From assembly GCA_040954595.2 (NCBI GenBank), contig CM082577.2, positions 10,131,846 through 10,195,845 of the forward strand: 64,000 bases of DNA, given 5' to 3'. The notes beneath the pieces were generated by a model. It made no database searches, was not told where the DNA came from, and saw only the letters and a list, made by a program, of their open reading frames with translations. The position numbers were made by a program, and so were the translations under genes. Positions 37,501 to 46,649 of the stretch are shown one piece after another; position 1 is the stretch's first letter; the number at the start of each line of letters is the position of its first letter. Source of the stretch: Balanoglossus misakiensis. Lineage: Eukaryota > Animalia > Hemichordata.

Positions 37501-40500
37501 CTTTACAGCTGGTGAAGTTAGCCAAAAATCCCTACGTCTTCAACGGCGAGAACAGCCTCAAGGTGTCGACGGAGACCGAGGTCTTGGTGCTGAACTACCG
37601 CAACACCAGCGGCGACGAGATCTCCATCATGAACACGGCCAAACCCATCGAGGCGTTCATCCCCAGGCCCGCCAACCTGCCGCCCGAGTCGACCTACTAC
37701 GCGCTTCAGCCGCTGAACGACACCGTGTTGGTGTACCACAACTTCAACGTGTCGGACGCCGAGACGGACACCTCTGTCTACATCGAAGTGGTGCCGGACG
37801 ATGTGAGCGTGCAGTTTGTCCTGTATCTGCGGTACATGGAGAGACCGACAGCCGAGGACTACGATCGGCGCGTCTTCATACCGAGCGACATGAGCTTGGC
37901 TGGTAAGAACTATAATGTACTTCAGTCGAACTTGTCTATAGTGGCCAGTCAAGGGACTTTCCTAAATTGGTCTTTATACTCAGGTGGCCTTTATAGACTG
38001 GTCAATTAATGTACATGTAATTTCACTGGGATCGTAACAAAGTGCCCACACTGTACATTATAGAGGTGGCCACTAACACAGGTTTGACTGTATATGTATT
38101 AAAAATCGCCATAGCCGAAAAGGTTATAACCCTGTATTTGGTTAACTCGATTGTACCCCTCCTCCAACAGGCCAAACTCATTTGAAACCAAATCCGTACG
38201 CCCTTTTCCTGGACAACTCGTACATCGGCGAAAATACTGGAAAGTATCTGATCGCTCTGGCGGAGTTGGACCCCGCGCATGCCGACTACAACGCGTTTGT
38301 GAGCGGAGGCGACGTGGAGATTCCGGCGAAAGCGCAATTCAGCTCGAACTACACGCTGACCGTGTCTGTTTCCGCCTGCCTCTACTGGTCGGACGGCGAT
38401 GAACAGTGGTCTGCTGACGGATGTGTGGTAAGTATGGAGATAGTAGATCTGATATGCACCCGTCTATAGACATGCGTGAAGGTGGGGCAACGCACTATCA
38501 CACTCGCTGAGCCATCTCCATTTCACCACAACCGCCACACATTCTTTTCCCACAGGTGCTTGCGAATGGTGATAGAGAACGACCTCTGTAGTATACTACA
38601 GAGGCCGTTCGATATCGTCATTCTTCGCAAGCACCTGCAGTTCATACCCGTGGTTCTGACTGCTCCCCTCGACTCATCTTCTTCCAGGTGGGCCCGGACA
38701 CCAATTACCTGCAGACCCAATGCCTGTGTTCCCATCTGACCAGCTTTGCCAGCGCCTGGATCGTGCCGCCCAACACCATCGATTTCGACTACGTCTTCGC
38801 CAACCTGGACTTCTACAAGAATCCCACCATTTACATAGTGACGATTGTGGTCTTTGTCTTCTATTTCATCGGTCTGATCTGGGCGAGGAGGAAGGACAAG
38901 AAGGACATGCTGCTGGTAAGTTTTGAGCGGCGCATTTGTGTGAATTCTGGCTGCCTTAAATGCATTTTTACTTCGTGCTAGGGGGTCAAGTCACATTATA
39001 ATAATTGCATTCTGGGTAAAAGGTCGACCATGCAGACATGATTTGTCGACTGTATTTCATGACTTCCTTTGATCAAAATGTCTGTCTTTGTAGTTCGCAT
39101 ATTAAACACATTTAACTTTTATTCACATTTTGTAAAAAAAATTATGTTGCCAAGTTTCAGAATGACCCATTGTCTCTTTAGCACTCACCTGGGTAGCAAA
39201 AACCTATTTAAGGTAGCGAGAATTCGTTGATATCCGGATGGAGACAGGCGCAGTCGAACTCTGGAGACTTACGCACGAGTGGCTGGTAGCCAGCGAGGCT
39301 AGCAGCAGATGTTAGTCGTATGTCGGTTACAAAGCCCCCAGAATCACAGACACACGTGTGCAGGTGGACGTCGTTGTCGATATGCTATGAATAGAAATAA
39401 CGTTATCATTATTCTTTGATTAAATTTTTGGGGCTCAGAAACCGGGAAATGATTGAGAGTGTACAAATGATATATTGAATTGCATCGGCAGAAGAATGCG
39501 CATTACATTTACTCTATTAAACATGTAGTCGTGCTCAATTTCTATAACACTTTTTACAGATGCTCTTCGTGATTCAATGCATTTTAATTCTTGATGAAAA
39601 TATTTGCTGAGAATAAGCGAATAACCTCACAATGTAAATCCAAGCCCGCCAATCTGCTGTCAACGATTTTGAGTAGTCTGGACTCTATCATAGTGGGCGA
39701 CTTTTCCCTAAATAATTGCACTCCGCGTTCTGAAGACACGTTTTTCTTTCATAAATTTTCACAAACTCGATTTACCATGGCTGGTCTTAGAAGCAATGAG
39801 GGTTACACAGTGTAAACTTAATCAGCGTAATTTGATTTGTTGTACGCGACTCTCTCCACAGCTGGGCATCACGCCACTGGCCGACAACGACCCGAACGAC
39901 AAATATCTGTATGAGGTTATCGTTCTGACCGGCCGTCGAAAAAATGGCGGTACCGATTCGAAGGTAAGTACTTGGGTATCATTCGACGCCAACAGATACT
40001 ATGAGCCTGTGAGGATACCAATGGGCGTATGCATAAAACTACAACTCTGGTTTCTAAAAAAATTACAGGACTATAGTCATTAGCCGTCATTAATACTCGG
40101 TATCGCTCATCCCACAAACAGGCGAGTTTCATCCTCTCTGGCGACGACGACGAGACCGATGTTCGTATGTTCTCGGACGACAAACGCAAGATATTCCGAC
40201 GAGGCGGAGTCGATGGGTTCCTCATGGCAGTGCCAAGGTAAATACATGCATGTTGTTAACGGGAATATAACACATCTCTTGAATGAAAATCTGATGTGTA
40301 AATTCCGCCCATCTGGATTCTTCTGCATAGTATATAAAGAACGCCAATGTTCAGCCATCGCGCATAGTTGATCATTTCACGGACATGCATATACATTGGC
40401 GTAGGTTAGTAATTTCATAGCCTTAGGGGAGATTTGATTTCCATGGGTGGAGGATTTGGTTATGTCAACAAAAATGTTTTCAGCCACTGTTACAACAAAT

Positions 40501-43500
40501 CTTTTCTATTGCCAGTCCTATTTCTTTCTCAAGGCATTGCAGAAGATTTTTTTCCTCCGCAACATCTGCCAACATTTTTCTGCCAAAATCAACCACCCCC
40601 TCCCCCAGAAATCAAATGGTTCTCCCCTTACTGAACATTTTCATAGCTTAATGCCAATTGTCATTGTTTTACGCAGGCCTCTTGGAACGTTAAACTACAT
40701 GCGAATCTGGCACGATAACTCCGGCAAGGGCAAGATGCAGGGTTGGTACTTGAACTACATCGCAATCCGCGACCTACAAACCGGTGAACGCTTCTACTTC
40801 ATAGCAAACCAGTGGTTCTCTGTCGTCGAGGATGATGGTCAGGTGGGTGACACGTGACATTAAAGGAAAACTGTAGACCAAACTGCAAATTATTGTAAAG
40901 TGAAAAAAGTGATCTTTGGAAATCTTTTTAAAACATGGACAAACTCATTTTCTAAAAATCGTGCTAAGTACAGTGACCACGTTTGTATGACGTATTTAAT
41001 ATAATAGTAATATTTTAACTGTTGGTAAATACTTTTACATCTCGATGTTGTTTTATTATCCATGGCACACACCTTTTGTATCAGCTTTATCTAAAAGCAA
41101 ACGGAATAACTTGAAAAAGATTCAATGAAAAACAAGCGTTTTGCACCACATGAAAACTCAATATCAACATGAGATAATGCGAGAACCAGGGATTGAAAAT
41201 TGCCCCTATTAATTTGAAATTTCTTGTCACCAAAAATATATAGATCGATCGCCTGTTGCCGGTGGCTGGCAAGGAACAAATGCAAGGTTTCGACCACGTC
41301 TTCTCCAGCACGACCAGAAAGAATCTGGACGACGGCCACCTCTGGTTCTCCGTGTTCGCCCGGCCGCCGCGCAGTCGTTTCACGCGCTGTCAGCGTCTCT
41401 CCTGCTGCATGATGGCGCTCTGGTTGGAGATGTTGGTGAACATCATGTGGTACGGCGTCGCCCCGCCGCAGAGCGGGGACGCGCTGAATTTCGGCCCGTT
41501 CAGCTTGTCCCCGGCACAGGTACGTGTAATCTTAATTATTATCTGGCGATTTAAGCTATTTTGTGCTCTTGCAGGAATTGGAACGTTGCGCTTCCAATTT
41601 GTGTTGGAATTTACATGTACCTTCCAATTTTAATGGTGATCCAGTGATGATTAGTTACTGTACAAAAGCGTGGTTTAAACATCGCTATAATACGGTCATT
41701 GATATTAAATTAATTATGAAACTTCTTGCTCAACGTACCCGGTATACACATGGCTTTCGTGCATCCAGTTTGAATTGTTGGTTTATTGTAAATTTGGTTA
41801 AAATCCACGTACATAACAAAACCGATAGAGAATTGCTTTCTTCATCATGTTATAGTTTTGTTTTGTTCGATTTCCAAAAGTTCAACATGTAAAATTGCCG
41901 GTAATTATCCCGGCCAGTCTTTGTGATTTGAGGCGATCATAACTTATTATCTCGAACTCCTAATTTATCACATACCACCCTTCTCTGCTTTGCCACAGAT
42001 CAGCATCGGCGTCCAGTCCAACCTGATCGTCTTCCCGATCAGCATTCTGGTCATCCAGATCTTCCGGAAGTCGAGGCTGAAGAAGAAGCGACGCTCCCGG
42101 ATCGAGATCGCCAAGCAGCAGTTGGCGCAGAAACGGAACTACATCGACAGTGGGAGCAGCATGGTAAGGCTCCAGTCGGGGTCCCCATCAGACTTCCGTT
42201 CGTTTATGGTACGCCACAACAGTATTTATCTCAACACGCGAGAGCCGCAGTTGGTCTAGAATCTAGACTGGCGTGTGTGGCGGTGGCGGAGCCTCGCGAA
42301 AAACAAAAGCACGCGAGTCTAGATTCTAGACTAAAGCCGCAGACACCCTCGCCAATAAGCGCAACTAGACTGTCTAGTATTGTCACGATAGTAGCAGGAA
42401 TCTCATAATGGGTCATTTCTTCAGCAAAATATGCTTGTTCAGGCTAGACTTCACGAATTGTCAACTTGTTTTCCCGCCTGTCAGATTCATGCCTCGTCGG
42501 GATTAATACAACGTGTATCGCTACCTTATCGTGGAATACTTATATCACCAGTTTTTCATCATTTTGATAATTTCTTGAATTTTTTAGTCCACGATTTATG
42601 CCATGACAGTGACTTTTTTCTACGCCTGACCGCCTTTCTGAAAGATTTGTCGCCGGATGGCGCTGTCCATGTCGCCCGCCAAACAAAATGATCCATCGAT
42701 CTTACAGGTGTCACCGTCGCACATCGAGGTCAAGCCGAACAACGACGAGATGTACCTGCTGGACTTCGAGGAGAAGCAGGACCCGGACAAGTTCATGAGC
42801 ATCGACGCCATGATCGCCAGCGAGAACGGCAAGAGGGCCGGCAAGAAGCTCAAGCGGAAAAAGAAGAAGAAGAAGGCGTTCAGCTTCCCGCACTGGTGCA
42901 ACTACATCGCCTGGTTTTTGGTGTTCCTGTCCATATCCGTGGCGGTGACGTTCGTCATCTTCTACGCCGTCATGATGGGCGATCTGGAAACGAAGCAGTG
43001 GTTTACGTCGTTGGTCATCTCCTTCTTGACGGCCATATTTTTAACCCAACCAATCAAGGTATATTAACCGTCAGCGATTTATTATTCCGTCATCTCTCCT
43101 TTATGTTTCCGTGGTTCGGTTTACAACAAAACAACTAAGAGGCAAAAAATTAAATGTTAACGAAGAATACGACGAACAGATTTTGTATAAAATTAAACAT
43201 TTTTGGGGGAAAGAACTTTTTGTGAGTTATCCCTGACAGTAAAATCTCCGTCTGAAGATGCTGACCGTAGATGTTCGTTAGGCAGGGAAAATGGGAACAC
43301 TTTTGACATGACCAAACACTGACCATGCTCCTGGGAGAATTAAGACTGAGTGTGTAGTTCTGGTATATCCCCTGAATTTCAATGCTAATTTGGCATCTGT
43401 GTTGCACAGAACTGAACCAAATCCGTACAATTTGTCCAAATTGCACACATGGTAACTTCATGTTCATAATATATTCCATATATCCCCAAAAGACAGATTG

Positions 43501-46500
43501 GTGAATAATTCCTCCAGTGCAAACTATTCATTGATTAAGTGGTTAGGTGTGAAATTGTGACGTTTGCATTTATGTTTTTTTGCAGGTTATACTCATAAGC
43601 GTGTTTGTAGCCCTGGTGCTGAAGACGCCCAACGCGGACGAGGATGAGGACGCGGACGAGGACGAAGACGACTACGAACTGGCAGACGACGAGGAGTGGC
43701 TGCACAGGCCGGCGACGCCGTCCAAGGAAAGGAAGCTGGCCTACAAACCTTTGGACGAAGAGGAGCTGACAAAGGCCAGGGAGCTCAGGCTGAAGGAGAT
43801 AAAAATGTACGCGGTTATCCGCGAGATACTCTTCTACGTCATTTTCCTGTGGCTTCTCTTGGTCATCAGCTACGGCAACAGGGACCCGAATGCTTTCAAT
43901 TATATGGACCACATCAAGCGGTTGGTGGCGAAGGAGGATTCCTTTGACGACTTTATGAACGTACGTAACTCCATTTTAAACGCATTCTACCTGTATCTCT
44001 GGTATGGAAGTTTTTGACATTTCAGGTGGTAGAAAAACATGATACGAAAAAAGGGGTTCCAGTTGTGAACAAGGTACATTCGTGAAAAAAGCACGGAGAG
44101 CCAATATTGGATGACGCATAGGCATTTCTATAGATAGAAATCATATAGGAACTTTTTAGTAGGGGACAAACGACCAGCCCTTTAAAGCAGCACTTTTGGC
44201 TCATAATTATATGGTTAAAACGTACATGTAAGTCTTCTAATAACCATGTGGTGGCCCTCAAGTGTTTTTTGTAACCAGAGTCTCTGGTTTGGCACATGCG
44301 CATAAGACGATCGTCGCCCTTTAATGCACCTCCGCTCAATCCCTTATTCTATGTCACGAAAATCGTGCAACTTATTCTCGGTGTTTCTCAACAGGCGACG
44401 ACCCGAGCGAAATTTTGGACGTACACCCACGAGTACCTCGTGCCCTCGCTGAATGTCGGTAAGTGGTACAACGGGGACCCGCACGACGATGACATGGAGG
44501 GGTTCCTGTCCGACAAATGCTCTCACATCATGGGATACGCCGTCCTCAGACAGCTGAGAATCAAACCAGGTGAGGGCTTGACTAAAGTTTGCCATGTCCG
44601 AGAATTTTTATCTTTCTGCTTATTGAACCACGACGATTTATAAGTCGTCAAAATTCTACTCATGACCTGGTGATATACGTTAATATGTAGCTTCGATGAC
44701 GTAATTTCTGTAACATAATGATCAATATGGCGGTGTGTTCACTATTAGGTTGCGACAGATTTGAATTTCAAACTAAACGTCAAAAATCCATATTTTCTGC
44801 TGCGTCTACATAGAGAACTTCAAGTTGGGCATTTTGCGGTCCTGTCAAGTGCCAGGGTGTAGTTCGTTTTAGGGGAAATTGTCTTCTGGTGGACAATAAA
44901 GCTCGTGTTGTATTGGAAAGTGTCACCAACTCTACGGGTGTAATTTTTGTAGTTCGGATGATTTACTTCGGAGCAGACGAGAATTAGTAGGCCTAGTCCG
45001 GGTCAGTGCTAACGCTTTGGCGCCTTTTTGGGGTTAACCCAACCGAGCGACTGGAATCTGGCAAAATTATGGGAGGGGGGTTCCAGATGGGCCAATTTGC
45101 AGCATCTCCAAAATACAAGGTGTGGCCGACCAGCGACATCTATTCTTACCTGAAAAAATATGTCGACTTGTGTGTTCCCATTATGACAGGTCTGTGCGAG
45201 GTGGACGGTTACTTCGACACCATCGTCAACGAATGCAACGAGGAGTACAGCATCGTGTACAACGTCGAGGACAACTTCGGCGTGAGCTGGACTCCGTTCG
45301 ATCCGAACAACACCGTGGAGGAATACACGTATAAAACGGCGGACGAGCTGGACGGCTACCCGTTCCTCGGCAGACACGCCTTGTACAGCGGGGGAGGGTA
45401 CGTCGTCAAGCTCCTCGGCAACGAGACGGAGCTGCACGATCTGATGTACAGGCTGGAGAGCGAGAACTGGATAGACGACTACACCAAGGCGGTGTTCGTC
45501 GAGTTCTCCACGTACAACGCCCAGGTCAACCTCTTCGCCGTGGTGGTGCTTCTGGTGGAGATCCTGCCGACGGGCGCCGGCTACCCGCAGATCCGGATCG
45601 ACCCGGTCAAACTGCTGAGCTACTTCAGCGGGTTCGCCCTGTTCCAGGTGATCGCCGAGGGGCTGTTCCTGGCCTTCGTCGTCTTCTTCCTGTTCAAGGA
45701 GTTCAACCACATGCGGCAGCAGAGGAAGAGGTACTTCAAGTCGTTCTGGAACTGGATCGAGCTGTGGATCGTGGCGCTCTCCATCGCCGCCGTCGTCATC
45801 TACTTCTACCGCTTCGTGGTCAGCAACGAGCTCAGCACCAGGTTCAAGGAGTCCGGCGGCAAGGCCTACATCAAGCTGCAGTACGTGGCCTACTGGAACG
45901 AGCTGCTGGGCTACCTGCTGGGCATCATCGTGTTCCTCTCCAACCTGAAGTTCCTGAAGCTGCTGCGGTTCAACAAGCGCATGTCGTTCCTGTCGTCGAC
46001 GCTGAAGGCGGCGTCGCGGGACATCTTCTACTTCTTCATCATGTTCGCCATCATCTTCGCGGCCTTCGCCCAGTCCTTCTACCTGGTGTTCAGCCGCAAG
46101 GTGTTCGACTTCGCCGACTTCGTCTACACGCTGGAGTCGCTGTTCGCCACCATGTTGGGCAAGTTCCGCTGGGAGAGCATGCAGGAGGCGGACAGCGTCA
46201 TGGCGCCGCTGCTCTTCTTCTTCTTCGTCATGAGCATCACCTTCATCCTGCTCAACATGTTCCTCACCATCCTCAACGAGAACTTCACCGAGGTCAAGCG
46301 CAACAGCGAGAAGCAGTCGAACGAGTACGAGATCGTCGACTTCATGATGAGCCGCTTCAAGCTGTGGACGGGCATCGGGCAGCCCAAGACCAGCAGGGCG
46401 CCCTCGCCGCTCGTCCCCAACAACAAGGTCAAGCCCTTCAAGCCCTGCGACACACTGGAGGAGAGCATCGAGGAGTTCCCCAACAAGGTGGACCAGCTGC

Positions 46501-46649
46501 TCGACTCCATCACCAAGATGTACTTCGACCCGACGTGTACCTCGAAGGACCCGAAGAATTTCCCAGGCAGCGACTATAAATCCCAGATGTACACCAAAGA
46601 TTCCAATTTCCTGCGAGATCCTGCGAATCTGAAAGGATTTAATTATTAA
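9546..46649 (+). CDS. PKD1: Polycystin-1 (PKD1)-family receptor/channel subunit, 37 exons, ~3112 aa
   Basis: Exons: 9546-9590, 9685-9706, 18422-18939, 23489-23669, 24225-24415, 24811-25486, 25821-25958, 26243-26419, 26882-27114, 28081-28234, 28676-28767, 29178-30098, 30279-30429, 30676-30844, 32670-32860, 33043-33303, 33824-33993, 34610-34781, 34961-35022, 35341-35391, 35616-35741, 35953-36078, 36247-36367, 36784-36851, 37093-37350, 37509-37902, 38171-38427, 38688-38915, 39862-39963, 40122-40237, 40677-40842, 41244-41519, 41999-42163, 42708-43058, 43586-43960, 44395-44569, 45190-46649. All introns are GT-AG and phase-compatible; total 9339 nt, divisible by 3. Domains: signal peptide, WSC, PKD repeats, REJ, GPS (CLCSHL/TSF), PLAT, TOP and 6-TM channel. 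The symbol is family-level; orthology is unproven. Confidence 0.93.
10453..10812. repeat. (TATG)n microsatellite with degenerate (TATC)n tail
   Basis: Direct reading; explains the MYVC-repeat ORFs. Confidence 0.97.
14272..14841. mobile_element. Non-autonomous interspersed element with short 5' palindrome and long 3' hairpin (Crypton-like, tentative)
   Basis: AGCCATGGTAAAA-n5-TTTTACCATGGCT (14323-14353) and a 142-bp imperfect inverted repeat (14697-14838); no terminal TIR pair seen. Confidence 0.55.
15132..15487 (+). repeat. 82-bp minisatellite, ~4.3 copies
   Basis: Unit GAAGAACGCATTTTTTATTTTGTAAGATTCTG...GTGACGTCCATGAAGGAGAATAAAAACAA starts at 15132, 15214, 15296, 15378 and 15461. Confidence 0.95.
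16231..16406. repeat. (CT)n / polypyrimidine microsatellite
   Basis: Direct reading. Confidence 0.95.
17249..17605. mobile_element. MITE family A copy 3 (diverged)
   Basis: TTAA at 17245-17248 and 17606-17609; core AAGTCCGGACTAGAA at ~17420; left end resembles copies 1-2. Confidence 0.55.
18422..18939 (+). CDS. PKD1: PKD1-like exon 3: WSC domain + first PKD domain
   Basis: YLGCY...TPDICNGAC...FASVEAGAFCFC...CNVVCTGDGGSFCG (WSC cysteine pattern); FNYGDDSG...HTYTLPGEYIVTIAADN (PKD). Confidence 0.92.
19111..19531. repeat. Compound (GAAA)n/(GAAT)n/(GACA)n microsatellite
   Basis: Direct reading. Confidence 0.97.
24811..25486 (+). CDS. PKD1: PKD1-like exon 6: Cys-rich module, beta domain and end of a PKD-like domain
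   Basis: IFRPDC...YCAKTNLC...FCLSRKRC...; HSYPAVGEYTVSATAMN; aatacag acceptor and G|GTAAGT donor. Confidence 0.88.
29178..30098 (+). CDS. PKD1: PKD1-like exon 12: PKD repeats and start of the REJ region
   Basis: VDFGDGS, SHTYTATG, LPAYSLQAGTYKFTY, TLEPQKYSRDPD (REJ-type SxDPD); CAG|GTGAGG donor. Confidence 0.92.
31063..32450 (-). mobile_element. Decayed, internally deleted hAT DNA transposon (ZNF862-like transposase fragments) in PKD1-like intron 14
   Basis: Minus strand 31740-31351 reads DWYSFISDVYPNLCKLIVIYLTSPCTSVDCERGFSQYNLVKTNSRNLL...INIEGPPISEFNF, a hAT C-terminal dimerization motif (CERGFS). 32250-32070 reads ...VYYMAKENIANRKLHGLVDLQILN. One candidate terminus CAGTGTTCACGCTAGG at 31063 with subterminal TAGCCAC repeats; the partner TIR was not found. 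Confidence 0.8.
32452..32520. repeat. Perfect 69-bp palindrome (34-bp arms, 1-nt centre)
   Basis: TTCGATGTTATACTTTGACCAAAATCATTGAAGG-G-CCTTCAATGATTTTGGTCAAAGTATAACATCGAA. Confidence 0.95.
37509..38915 (+). CDS. PKD1: PKD1-like exons 26-28: GAIN domain end, GPS motif, TM1
   Basis: CLYWSDGDEQWSADGCV | VGPDTNYLQTQCLCSHLTSFAS...PNTIDF, then hydrophobic TM1 and WARRKD. Confidence 0.93.
37923..38090. mobile_element. Tc1/mariner(pogo)-type MITE
   Basis: Termini CAGTCGAACTTGT...GTGGCCA / TGGCCAC...ACAGGTTTGACTG followed by TA. Confidence 0.6.
39862..40842 (+). CDS. PKD1: PKD1-like exons 29-31: PLAT/LH2 domain
   Basis: YEVIVLTGRRKNGGTDSK, FRRGGVDGF, LGTLNYMRIWHDNSGKG...WYL, FYFIANQWFSVVEDDG. Confidence 0.93.
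40426..40627. mobile_element. MITE family B copy 1 (TTA/TAA-flanked, Harbinger/Tourist-like)
   Basis: tta-GGGGAGA..TTTGATTTC ... GAAATCAAATGGTTCTCCCC-tta; the same right end occurs at 61169-61191. Confidence 0.65.
42254..42331. mobile_element. ~80-bp miniature inverted-repeat element
   Basis: Perfect 16-bp inverted repeat GTCTAGAATCTAGACT / AGTCTAGATTCTAGAC. Confidence 0.6.
45190..46649 (+). CDS. PKD1: PKD1-like terminal exon: TOP domain + polycystin cation-channel helices + cytoplasmic tail
   Basis: YSGGGYV, WIDDYTKAVFVEFSTYNAQVNLF, YFKSFWNWIE, KFLKLLRFNKRM, LLNMFLTILNENF; stop TAA 46647-46649. Confidence 0.96.

Noticed and set aside
45006-45189. N-terminal extension of the 547-aa ORF as a stand-alone PKD2-like gene
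   Set aside because: Intronic read-through; the acceptor at 45189/45190 joins the upstream exon in phase 1, so this is the last exon of the PKD1-like gene.
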